DNA of 64,000 bases from Chrysomallon squamiferum (Eukaryota > Animalia > Mollusca): NCBI GenBank assembly GCA_012295275.1, contig CM022665.1:35960001-36024000 (forward strand), in the 5' to 3' direction. Position 1 is the stretch's first letter; the number at the start of each line of letters is the position of its first letter. The notes under the pieces are model-generated. The model searched no databases and was not told where the DNA came from. It worked only from the letters and a program-made list of their open reading frames with translations. The translations under genes and the position numbers were made by a program. Shown one piece after another: positions 13,641 through 26,864 of the stretch.

Positions 13641-14520
13641 GTTAGATGAATAGTTAGAGAAATAATGAACAAACCAGTCAGTGGGTGAAGCATCTAGCAT
13701 CTAGACAGAAAAAAAAAATAATAAAAAAAAAAAATAAAAAAAAAAAAAAAAATAGAAAAAATAGAAAAAAAAAATATATATATATATTAGAGATATAATG
13801 AATAAGCGGGATACATGACTAGAGAAATAGTGAACCAGCAAGATTAATAACTACATAAATAGTGAAACAGATAGATAATAAAAAAACAAAAGAACAACGA
13901 CAAAAAACAACTATTAAAGATAAGTAATGAACTAGCTGGCTAAATAACTACTGCGACTGGACCAACTATGAAAATAGCGAAGCATGTAGTGAAGCGATCT
14001 CCTTGTGTTTAGCCAACTAAGCACTGAACCGACTGTGTCAGTGTTAACAAAATAATTAAAACTCATAAAAAAACGGTTTCACTACTTATATCCACAGAAC
14101 AATTAAATTAAGTGTAGTAAATATGCGATAACATATTGTCTGTTTGGAATTAAATATTAATGTTTGAAAGAGAAGAACCGCATAATAGAACAGTTGTCCT
14201 GTTCGGTTAAGTTTCCATCGCAGCTTTCATTTGTCTTAGTCATTTCATGATTTACAAGCCAGAATTGCCTATGTATCTTTTGTTCCACTTCTTTATTTTT
14301 CATCTTGACATTAATTACGGAAAATGTTGTACTATTAATACATGTTAAAATATAACACATTAATAAGATGTAATTACAGTGTACATAACCAGTAATAAGG
14401 AAAACGTTAATTTGTCGTAGTTTAAACAAGCATATGCTGGATGGACATGGACCTGCAGGACATCGAGAAGCAATGTTTCTGCCACTGGATATGATATTAA
14501 ATGTAACAAGTAGAACACTT

Positions 14521-14706
14521 TTTTCTATTTGTAGTAAATACTTCTACTTTTTTACAAACGAATGAGAAAAAGATAAAAAAAAAATAAAAAAAATAAAAAC
14601 CTGAAAAATAGAACGACTGTTATAAAATAATGTTCCGTTTTAGATTTTGTAATCTTTTCTATTTGTAGTAAATACTTCTACTTTTTTACAAACGAATGAG
14701 AAAAAG

Positions 14707-14742
<36 letters not shown>

Positions 14743-14792
14743 AAAATAGAACGACTGTTATAAAATAATTTTCCGTTTTAGATTTTGTAATC
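14521..14792. repeat. Recent ~135-bp tandem duplication
   Basis: TTTTCTATTTGTAGTAAATACTTC...TTAGATTTTGTAATC occurs twice back to back and the copies are nearly identical. Confidence 0.9.
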
Positions 14793-16599
14793 TCTGTCAG
14801 TTTTCTTTTCTCTCGTATTTTTTGCATATATTGCCACTATGTAATTAAAAACACTGAAATTGTTGGTAGAAGTGAAAGCCTGGCTGTAGTTTGTGTAAAT
14901 TTTAATATCGATATCGTGGCAATACTGGACGGTGCGCTATACACGCGACACTACCGTTTTAGACTGAAAATTATATAGATAACGTGATAGCTCCCTTTTG
15001 GATCCGCCCCTAAACTGGGTGCACCGGATAATTCAAGACTGTAAAATTTCTGTACTGAAACATATTCGTGACAATGAAGTCGTTCTATGTAGAAAGATTC
15101 AGAAATAATTATACTGGAAAAAGGTAGGCAGTCAAATGATTAGATAAAATATTTGTAACATATCTGACAAGGTTAGTACTATGAGGATGACAAGAAGCGT
15201 GTGTATATGGATGTTAAATTCCCAGACATGTGAGAAAAGCATATAATAGACAAAAATAAATTAAAAATAAATTAAATAAATTAAAAATACATGTCCATGG
15301 GAAACAGCCACATCCATCCACTGATCCATCCTTTTGACTTTTTATCTCACTGCGTTTAACTCTGTGGTTTCAATAGTGAATGACGTACTTGCATAACCAC
15401 ACAGATACTATTCTGAAAGAAAACTTACGAAATTTCAGCTCCGATCGTATTTCTGAATGAATTTTTACGCGTCTGGTGGTAACTGTCAGTATGATCTGAT
15501 ATATGACGTCACTGTATAGATTGTTTTTATCGATTAACCGTAAGTCATTTTTTGGTTGTTTTGCTACCTTGGTGTAGAACCAGCAATGTATCAGTTGTAT
15601 TACTATTATTTTTTATACCCACCTCGGTGTAGTACCAGCAACGTTTCAGTTGTATTCCCTTCAGTTCGAAAATTTGTTTATGATGTTTTATTACCTGTAG
15701 ATACATAACTAGAAAAACAAAACAAAAATTTGAACATTTTAGTTGTTTATTTTTATAATAAACATAATTTTTAATGTTTTATTTTTTATGTTTCTTAGTG
15801 ATTATATATATATTTTTTGCTTTTCTTTAACATCAAAAATATCATTTAGTCCAAATTGATTTGATAAATATAATTTGTAATTCCCTCTGAATGTTGCCGA
15901 CAAATAAACAAACACACATATATCAGCTCATATACATTACAGTACAGTGGGGTTTTAAAATTTAATTTAGATTTCAGTCCAGATTTGTTAAAAATTACAA
16001 ATTTTAATTCAGATTTTGGACTAAGCTGAATGTTTGTTGGAAGACAATTTTGGTTCTCAACTGGAAGAATTTTTTTAAAGTAATCCTGACAAAATGTCAG
16101 ACTTTGTTATTCTGTGCCACAATGAGAGAAATCATCCAGCAACTACAAAAAGTTTCTACTAATAAACCTTTCTTTTGGCACCAGTCTTCCAAGTAAATAA
16201 ATTAAAACAAAATCACTTATTAGATAAAATAGAAATTCAAACTTTGAGAAATAGGTATATTTTTTCCAACAGAAAGAATGAGCATAAAAAAGTATTTTTT
16301 TTAAAAATATTTCCACAAACATTTATACACTTTATGACTGCCATTACACAAAAAGAAATGTTTTTTTTTTTTTTTTAAATAATAAAAAATCTGGAAATAT
16401 TCTTATGACAAGAGTTGTTTATCAAGTTAGAAATGTAACATTTCAAAACCCAAGGTCAGTGTATGATCATCAGCGGAGAAGTGAAACTTTGTTTTGTGTT
16501 TTACTCAGTTTGTCAAAATGCAGTTATAGCTCTTCTGGCTGGAACACTTTGTAATATGTCTGTGAAGCAAAATTACTACTGGCAAACTTCAACTAGTTT

Positions 16600-17144
16600 T
16601 TTTATTTCAACAACAAGAAGCAAAGTAGACAGGATAGAATAAATAAATAAGTAAACAAATAAAGTATCAAACTGTATTGTGGAAAATCGATATAATTTTC
16701 GATATATCGATATAATAAAATAATTTATGGTAAAAACAACAAGTAAATTAGAGGGGATAGAATAAATTAATAAGTAAACAAATAAATAAAGTATCAAACT
16801 ATATTGTGGAAAATCGATATAATTTTTAGATTCCTTAGTGAGTACATCTCACGTAAGGGACCTAACTCTAATCTGTGTTCGTGAACACATATCACTAAAG
16901 GGAGATAAGTCTAATCGATATAGTTTTTACTTTCCTTAGTTAGTACATCTCAAATAATTGACCTAACTCTAATCCATGTTTGTGAATACATATCACTAAA
17001 GGGAGATTAGTCTAATCTATATAATTTTTACTTTGCTTAGTGAGTACATCTTACTTAAGGGACATAACTGTAATGAGTGTTCGTGAACACATATCACTAA
17101 AGGGAGATAAGTCTAATCGATATGATTTTTAGTTTGCTTAGTAT

Positions 17145-17175
<31 letters not shown>

Positions 17176-19060
17176 AACACACATACAAATACTCACACTC
17201 AAACACACACACACACATACACATAAACATCTGGTACTGAAAGCATATAAAATTCAAAAAGAAACAAAATTCAATTAATTAAAAATTCCCAGAAAATTTA
17301 ATAATAAATAAATATCAGAATATTAATAAAATACAAAAGAAATAATAAATTCTGAAATTAAAAACCCATTCTATCAAATGACAAAATAAAAAAGTAATTT
17401 ATTATAAAAACAACAAGTATTGTAGACAGGATAGAATAAATTAATAAGTAAACAAATAAATAAAGTATCAAACTGTATTGTGGAAAATCGATATTATTTT
17501 TAGATTCCTTAGTGAGTACATCTCACGTAAGGGCCTAACTCTATTCTGTGTTCGTGAACACATATCACTAAAGGGAAATAAGTCTAATCGATATAATTTT
17601 TACTTTCCTCAGTGAGTACATCTCAAGTAAGGGACCTAACTCTAATCTGTGTTTGTGAACACATATCACTAAAGGGAGATAATTCTAACCGATATGATTT
17701 TTAGTTTCCTTAGTATATATATATATATATATATAAAACCATACACACAAACACACACATACACACATATACAGAGAATCATCTCCTACTGAATGCATAT
17801 ACAATTCTAAAAGAAACAAAATTCAATTAATTAAAAATTGCCAGAAAATTTAACAATAAACATCACAATATTAATAAAATACAAAAAGAAATAATATATT
17901 GTGAACACTTTTCACTAAAGGGACATAAGTCTAATCGATATAATTTTTGCCGTGCTTAGTGTGTACATCTCAATTAATGGACCTAGCTCTAATCTGTGTT
18001 TGTGAACACATATCACTAAAGGGAGATAAGTCTAATCGATATCATTTTTAGTTTCCTTAGTATATATATATATATATACAGACACACATACAAATACACA
18101 CACTCACACATATACAGAGAAACATCTCCTACTGAATACATATACAATTCTAAAAGAAACAATCTTCAATTAATTAAAAATTGCCAGAAAATTTAATAAT
18201 AAATAAACATCAGAATATTAATCAAATACAAAAAGAAATAATATATTCTGATAATAAAAACCCATTCTATAAAATGACACAATAAATAATTTGATTTACT
18301 GATTGTTTTATTTTATCAACAACAAGCAAAGGAGACAGGATAAAATAAATTAATAAGTAAACAAATAAATAAAGTATCAAACTGTATTGTGGAAAATCGA
18401 TATAATTTTTAGTTTCCTTAGTGATTACATCTCACGTAAGGGACATAAATCTAATCCCTGTTGGTGGACACACATCACTAAAGGGAGATAAGGCTAATTG
18501 ATGGAATTTTTTCTTTGCTTACTGAGTACATCTCACGTCAGGGACTTAACTCTGATCTCTGTTTGCGAGTATATATCACTAAAGCGAAAAAATTGTAATC
18601 GATACAATTTTTACTTTTCTTAGTGAGTACATGTCACGTCAGGGGCCTTTCTCTAGTCCATGTTCGTGCACAGATATTACTAAAGGGAGATAAGTCTAAT
18701 CGATATAATTTTGAATTTTCTTGGTGAGGAAATCTCACGTAAGGGACCTCACTATAACCTATGTTTGTGAGTATATATCACTAAAGCGAAATAATTCTAA
18801 TCGATATAATTTTTACTTTGTTTAGTGAGTACATATCACGTAAGGGACTTAAATCTATGTTTCTGAGTATATATCACTAAAGGGAGATAAGTCTAATCGA
18901 TAGAATTTTTACTTTTCTTAGTGAGTACATTTCATGTAACGGACCTTTCTCTAATCCATGTTCGTGAACAGATATCAGCAGAGGGAGAAAAGTCTAATCG
19001 ACAGAATATTCAATTTTCTTGATGACTAACTCATTTCACTAAAGCGAAATAATTTTAATT
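16600..19060 (-). repeat. Higher-order array of a ~98-bp dimer; inverted, diverged relative of the 40-bp sub-repeat in 2430-11050
   Basis: The unit is AGTGAGTACATCTCACGTAAGGGACCTAACTCTAAT...GTGAACACATATCACTAAAGGGAGATAAGTCTAATCGAT. Each half resembles the reverse complement of the left-array sub-repeat (AGTGAACACATCTCACATAAGGGAGGCGACTCTAAA). Larger blocks with (TA)n(CA)n tracts recur at about 16735, 17410 and 18320. Confidence 0.9.
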
Positions 19061-19069
19061 GATATATTT

Positions 19070-22000
19070 TCTCCATCTGATGACGATTACGATGATGTTG
19101 ATGTCATTGTTATTGATTTTGTTAACAACATTATTGTCATTATCAGTACTACTAGAACTATTATTGTTTTTATAGCTGTTAATTTATTTGATTTTATTTG
19201 ATTAACTTTAACACTGTCATTATCACTACTATCACTATTAACATTATTACTATTAATTTTTTTCATTTTATTTTACTAACTTTCTATAAAGAAAATACTT
19301 TTATTTTTCCCTTTTTATTAATTTCATCTTCACCAAATTTACAGGTATTTCTCTTTACCATTTAGGTGATGTCCTTCGACTACACCATTCTTGAGCAGAA
19401 GGTGCATGTGTAGATTCTCCTCTTCATTTTCCTCTTCTCATCCTGAGAAAACAAACCGTAGAAATGTCAGTATTTCATTTAACAAACTTTAAAACAAATA
19501 CAAAATTAATCCCATCATTGCTAGTGCTACCCTCATCACTATCGATTATGATAATTCTTATTTTTATCTTTGATGATCATGATGACAATAAAGATAATGT
19601 TGATGTCATTGTTATTGTTCTTGTTAACTACATTATTGTCATTATCAGTACTACTAGAACTATTGTTGTTTTTATTGCTATTAATTTATTTCATTTTATT
19701 TTATGAACTTTTTGTAAAGAAATATTTTTAGTTTTCTCTTTTTATTAATTTATTCTTCACAAAATGTACAGGAATTTCGGTTTACCATTTAGGTGATGTC
19801 TTTCTCCTGCAGCATTCTTAAACAGAACATGCATGTGTAGATATCAGTATGTCTACATTAAAATGCATACACTCCAGCTCAAAAGCCAGAAATCCAAGGA
19901 AAATGAAAAACCTATTCCTGGCTTCATCTGTGGATTCTGGTCTTCAGTTTCCTCTTGTCATCCTGGAAAAACAAACCGTAGAAATGTCAATATTTCATTG
20001 AACAAACTTTAAATCAAATAAAGTAAATAATTCCATCATTACTAGTGTTACCCTTTTTATTATCAGCATCATTATGACACTTATTGTCTTTAATGATCAA
20101 GATGTTCGTGATGATGTTGTTGTTGTAGTTGTTGTTGTTGTTATTCTCATTATTATTCTCATTTTCAGTACAGCCATTATTGTTTTTACTATTTTTGTTG
20201 TTGTTGTTATTATCACTTTATTGTGTTTATCTCACTTCTTTTAATTCCTTTTTATAAAGCCAATACTTTTATGTTTTATTTATCTTCTTCGAAAACTGTA
20301 CAGGCATTTCTCTTTACCATTCAGGTGATGTCTTGCTCCTGCAGCATTCTTTCACCTTCTTCTCCTATGGGACCTACGGATTATAAAGCAGAACATGCAT
20401 GTGTAGACATCAGTATTAAGAGTCTGATGTCTACGTTAAAATGCATACATGCCCATCCAAATGCCGGAAACCCCGAAAAAATGAAAAACCCATTCCTGTC
20501 TTCATCTTCCTCTTGTCATCCTGTGAAAACAAATCTAAACATATCAGTATTTCATTTAACAAACATTAAAACAAATACAACATTAATTCCATCATTACTA
20601 GTATTACTATTATTGTTATAATCATACAATAGCTCCTACATTCTCTTTGATGATGATCTTTTTAATTAACTTTAACACTGTCATTATCACTACTATCACT
20701 ATTAATATTATTTCTATTAATATTATTACTATTTCTATTAATATTATTACTATTCATTTGTTTCATTTTATTTTAATAACTTTCTATAAAGAAAATACTT
20801 TTATTTTTCACTTTTCATTAATTTCATCTTCACCAAATTTACAGGTATTTCCCTTTACCATTTAGGTGATGTCCTACTCATGCACCATTCTTTTGCAGAA
20901 GATGCATGTGTAGATTTTCCTCTTCATTTTCCTCTTCTCATCCTGAGAAAACAAACCGTAGAAATGTCAGTATTTCATTTAACAAACTTTAAAACAAATA
21001 CAAAATTAATCCCATCATTGCTAGTGCTACCCTCATCACTATCGATTATGATAATTCTTATTATTCTCTTTGATGATCATGATGACGATAAAGATGATGT
21101 TGATGTCATCGTTATTGTTCTTGTTAACTACATTATTGTCATTATCAGTACTACTAGAACTATTGTTTTTATTGCTATTAATTTATTTCATTTTATTTTA
21201 ATAACTTTTTGTAAAGCAAATATTTCTATTTTTCTCTTTTTATTAATTTATTCTTCACAAAATGTACAGGCATTTCTGTTTACCCTTTAGGTGAAGTCCT
21301 TCACCTGCACCATTCTTAAGCAGAAGATGCATGTGCAAATTCTCCTCTTGTCATCCTGAGAAAACAAACCGTAGAAATGTCAGTATTTCATTTAGCAAAC
21401 TTTAAAACAAATACAAAATTAATTCCATCATTACTAGTGTTACTCTTGTTACTATCATCATCATGATAATTCTTGTTATTCTCTTGATGATGATGACTAT
21501 GATGATGATGTTGATGTCATCCTTGTTATTGTTTCTGATAACTTCATTATTCTAATTATCAGTATCATCACTATTATTATTTTAATTACATTTTATTTCA
21601 TTTTCATTACTTTTTGTAAAGCAAATATTTTTATTTTTCACTTTTTATTAATTTATTCTTTACAGAATGTACAGGAATTTCGGTTTACCATTTAGGTGAT
21701 GTCTTTCTCCTGCAGCATTCTTAAACAGAACATGCATGTGTAGATATCAGTATGTCTACGTTAAAATGCATACACTCCAGCTCAAAAGCCAAAAATCCAA
21801 GGAAAGTGAAAAACCTATTCCTGGCTTCATCTGTGGATTCTGGTCTTCAGTTTCCTCTTGTCATCCTGGAAAAACAAACCGCAGAAATGTCAATATTTCA
21901 TTGAACAAACTTTAAATCAAATAAAGTAAATAATTCCATCATTACTAGTGTTACCCTTTTTATTATCAGCATCATTATGACACTTATTCTTTTATGATCA

Positions 22001-23460
22001 AGATGTTCGTGATGATGTTGTTGTTGTAGTTGTTGTTGTTATTCTCATTATTATTCTCATTTTCAGTACTGCCATTATTGTTTTTACTATTTTTGTTGTT
22101 GTTGTTGTTATTATCACTTTATTTTATTTTATCTTATCTTATCTAACTTCTTTTAATTCCTTTTTATCAGGCCAATACTTTTCTTTTTTATTAAGCTTTT
22201 TCAAAAAATGTACAGGCATTTCTCTTTACCATTCAGATGATGTCTCTCTCCTGCAGCACTCTTTCACCTTCTTCACCTGTGAGATCTACGGATTATAAAG
22301 CAGAACATGCATGTGTAGACATCAGTATTAAGAGTCTGATGTCTACGTTAAAATGCATACATGCCCATCCAAATGAAGGCAACCCCGAAAAAATGAAAAA
22401 CCCATTCCTGTCTTCAGCTGTGTATTCCTGTCTTCATCTTCCTCTTGTCATCCTGTGAAAACAAATCTAAACATATCAGTATTTCATTTAACAAACATTA
22501 AAACAAATACAACATTAATTCCATCATTACTAGTATTACTATTATTGTTATAATCATACAATAGCTCCTACATTCTCTTTGATGATGATCTTTTTAATTA
22601 ACTTTAACACTGTCATTATCACTACTATCACTATTAATATTATTTCTATTAATATTATTACTATTTCTATTAATATTATTACTATTCATTTGTTTCATTT
22701 TATTTTAATAACTTTCTATAAAGAAAATACTTTTATTTTTCACTTTTTATTAATTTCATCTTCACCAAATTTACAGGTATTTCTCTTTACCATTTAGGTG
22801 ATGTCCTAGTCATTCTTTTGCAGAAGATGCATATGTAGATTTTCCTCTTCATTTTCCTCTTCTCATCCTGAGAAAACAAACCGTAGAAATGTCAGTATTT
22901 TATTTGAGAAACTTTAAATCAAATAGAAAGTTAATTCCATTATTTCTAGTGTTACCCTCATTAGTATTATCATCATAAGTATTATTCTCTTTGATGATGA
23001 TGATGACAATGGTGTTATTGTTCTTGATAACTTCATTATTATGATTATTGGTATTCTCCCTATTATTCTTTTTATTACTATTAATTTATTTCATTTTATT
23101 TTAATTTCTTTTTGGAAACTTAAAATTCTTATTTTTCAATTTTTATTAATTTCATCTTCACAAAATGTACAGGCATTTCTGTTTACCACTGAGGTAATGT
23201 CTTTCTCTTGCAACATATTTGCACATGTGAAGACATCCTTATTTCTATGTTAAAATGCATACACTCAATCCCAAATTCCAGAAATCCAAGGAAAATGAGA
23301 AACCCATTCCTGACTTCATCTGTGGGTTCTTGTCTATATTTTCCTCTTCTCATTCTATGAAAAGAAACCAAACAAATATCAGTATTTCATGTAGCAAACA
23401 TTCAAGTAAATACAAAATTAATTCCATTATTACTTTTATTACTTTAATATTCTATTGACT
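19070..23460 (-). repeat. Inverted tandem array of about 9 'R' repeats with an internal ~1.9-kb duplication
   Basis: The reverse-complement acceptor motif TCCTG(A/G/T)(G/A)AAA..AAA(C/T)C occurs at about 19441, 19961, 20519, 20941, 21354, 21864, 22451 and 22866, and in degenerate form at about 23352. Segment 19720-21020 is repeated at about 21610-22940. Confidence 0.92.
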
Positions 23461-24404
23461 GAAGTGATGATGATGTTGTAACTGATACTGTTGTTACTTC
23501 ATTATTTTTGTGACTGTTCGTATTATTATCATCATCATCATCATTATCATATTTATAGGATTTGCTCCTGAAAATTTGAAGTATGGTTATCCTGGGAAGT
23601 ATTTGAATAATGTATGTTGGTATATATTCAATTTTGTTTAATCACTGTTAATTAAAAAAAATAATAATAATAAAAAAATGTATGTTTTTTTTTGTATCTT
23701 ATAAATACAATTATAATAAATGCAATTAAAAGAAAATTAGATTTTGAACTCTAGATATCAAGAACCAATTCTGAAAATTTAAACAAACTTTCATTTACTT
23801 TTTGCTACAGGTTTTTCACATTATTGTTACTATTACTTTTTTATTGTATTTTTTATTTAGTCTTAAGTAATTATAAATCCAAATTTGCTGATTCTGCAAA
23901 GAAATGTTTTCGTTTCACAGATGTTTGTTCTTTATCTGCTAAATAAGGAACATAGGGATTATGGATGGAAGCAAATCTCAAATTACTACAATTGTGAGAA
24001 AATATTATTGTTTTGTTACAAGTCTTTTTTTTTTCTTTTTTTAATGTTTTAGATTTTTATATGTCATTGAAAAATGTTTATTATTTCACAAACTCTTATA
24101 ATTTAATTGTTCTATTTCTTTACAAATTCTAAGTAACCTAAATTAAAAATACATTAATCCAAATATATACATATTGATAATCCTGTGAAAGATTTAAATC
24201 AAAAATGTAAATAATAATTTAAGTGTGAATATATTTAGTTCTTAACTTGATGTAAACTTTGCTTTACTCTTACTAATTCTTCTTGTTGTTGTCATTGTTG
24301 TTATCCTTTTTAACATTACTACTACTGTTATTATTATTACTATTATTAGTTGTTGTTATTAGTATTACTACTGTTCAACTGTTTCTGATGTTCTGTTTTA
24401 AAGA

Positions 24405-24796
24405 AAGTTCAACTGAAGAGAGCAGGAAATTTCACAAAGCAGGCAATAAGAAATTAACTTTATGAAAACAATGAATGGATAAACAGCAGACCTGTTACTA
24501 ACTTCCACTGATATAACAACTAGTTATGTTTAATTACTCCATGGATTTGGGGCAAGTCTGTTAAAGATATTGGGAGCAGCCAATCTCTAACATGTCTGCC
24601 ATATTTTCAAGTCACATTTATTAGTATCAGTCTTTTAAACATTACAGCAGTGTAATATTAGTAACAGGTCTTACTGATTCACGGAAATATCAATAATACC
24701 ACGGGCAGAGTGATATTTATTGATATCTTTCCCATTTACATAACTTATAATTTCATTATGTACCTGCTTGTCACTTCTCCTTTTTGAGAGCTGACT
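24405..24796 (-). ncRNA. Putative structured RNA element E, copy 1 (nested stem-loops; unknown family)
   Basis: AGACCTGTTACTAA (24488-24501) is the exact reverse complement of TTAGTAACAGGTCT (24658-24671) and encloses hairpin 24551-24600. There is a second hairpin at about 24684-24731 and an outer stem ACAAAGCAGG/CCTGCTTGT. Strand is inferred from G-U versus A-C usage in the paralogs. Confidence 0.5.
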
Positions 24797-26823
24797 ATAA
24801 CATTATATTTTGTTTTACAGAATGAGAAAGGACTGGTTCAATTGTTTCTATAAAGACATTTTTAGTAAGCTGAATATTATCATGAATAACACTACATAAA
24901 ATGTTCTCTTTTATATTTACATATTTTGATTTTTCATTCTTTCACAGGATTATGAAATAAGTTTAAAATTAAACAGGAAAAGCTAGTAAGTAACTCTTAT
25001 TCCAATGAATAAAGAAAAACATTCATTCTAAACTAATTCTAAAGATATTAAAAACAGATTTATTTAGATTTATATATTACTGTTATTTATTTATTTATTT
25101 ATAATATTCTTTTTTTTTCAGCGAAAGATATTTAAATTAAGTTATCCAAATTATTTTTATGTTGCTGAAATATCTTTGAAATTTTTGTATCCTCTTTTTT
25201 CATTATGTGCCTACTAAAATAAAGAAATTCAAATTTATTTCAAAAATCCTACATACACATTTCCTAACTGCATTAAACTATTATTTATTATACAATTCCT
25301 AAGTTTTATTCAGATGCAAGATGTGAAGAAATTCTTTGCTGTGTCTCTGTGTTAATGTGTGTTTGCATGTTTTGTGTTGTGTCATTTAAGAGTGCAGTGT
25401 ATGTGTTTTGTATCATACATTTATGTAAGTTGGTTTGTGTGATTTGTGTGTGATATATATATGGGATGTGTGTGTGTGAAACTTGTGTGTTGTATGCACA
25501 AAATATAACAGAAGCAGCACAAACACAAAACACACCATGTTGTGCTGTGCATGTCAGATTTGTGTCTGCTGTCTGTGTGCGTGTATGTTTCTATGACTGT
25601 CTCCATATTTTTGTGTGTATGTGTGTTATTTTTTCTGTATGTTTCTGTACATGTATGTGTGTCATGTAGAACTGTGGTGTATGTGGCTTATTGGTTTGTG
25701 TGCTTTTAAGTACGTTATATTTACATTCAGTCAGGTTTAATCACTATTAATAAAATAAATTAATTTTGTCAGTGACTATACAAGTCATTATAAGTATACA
25801 GTTTGAGTTTATAGATGAGTCATTTTTATAAATTTCTTTCCTTTCATTCATTTTAATTTATACAAATTTTCTTTGCATCATTACTTAACTTGGGTAACAA
25901 AAGAAATCCAATCCTCTCCACTAAATCACCAGTTGCAGTCTTCCAGTTTTCCAAGACACCGTTTCCTCCTGAAGATTTACATGTGACTGTGAAAAAAAAA
26001 AAAACAATGTATGAAAGTTTAGGTATGTGATAATAAATATTAATAAAAGAAAATGTCATTTCATACTCAACATAACCAATTTAATATTTTTTACAAGAAC
26101 CAGTTCTTAATAATTTTGTTGATGTTGTTGATTTAAGTAATTAAAAATCCAAAATTGTTGATATTTTTGCCAAGGAATCCTTGTAATATTTTTCATTTCC
26201 AGATGATGTTGTTTTTGGACTGCTAAATAAAGAACTCAGCATTATGAATGAAAACAAATCCCACAGAAATATTTTATAACTCTCACAAATTAATTTTCAC
26301 TATTTTTTATTTATTTATTTATTTTTTTTTTACTATTTAGATTTTGACATTCATTGAGATATAATTATTATTTGTTTTATTTCAAAACTTTTTTCATTTT
26401 TAACATTCAATTTCTTTATAGGCGGTCTGACTTGAATTTTAAAAAAAAGTTTTATTCCAATTATTTACATAATTTAGATAATTCAAAAGTGCAAATAATA
26501 ATTTAAGAAAGATTATATTTAAAAAATATTTAAAGTAATAATAATAATATTAAAAAATTTCAAAATGCTCAAGACAGATTCAATTGCTATAGTTTATTTT
26601 CTAAATCTCTGCCCTCCTTTAAATAATTAGATATAATAATCAAGATGGATAAATCTAATTACTACAAATTAAATTTTTTTTTTTAATTCTTATTTTACTT
26701 TTAGATGAAAGGACCAGCTCAAAACAATGATTTGATATTTACTGATGGAGTATAATGAATGATTCACAAAAACTTAGTATAAAGAGGTTTGAATTGTATA
26801 TTCACATATTCCTCACTTTTTCA

Positions 26824-26856
<33 letters not shown>

Positions 26857-26864
26857 CAGATATC

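Noticed and set aside
14995-15015. TGGATCCGCCCCT, resembling a common MITE terminus
   Set aside because: No matching opposite terminus or TSD was found in the window.
19464-23458. Hydrophobic Ile/Phe-rich ORFs resembling membrane proteins
   Set aside because: They come from the antisense reading of AAT/GAT microsatellite-like linkers of the R repeat.
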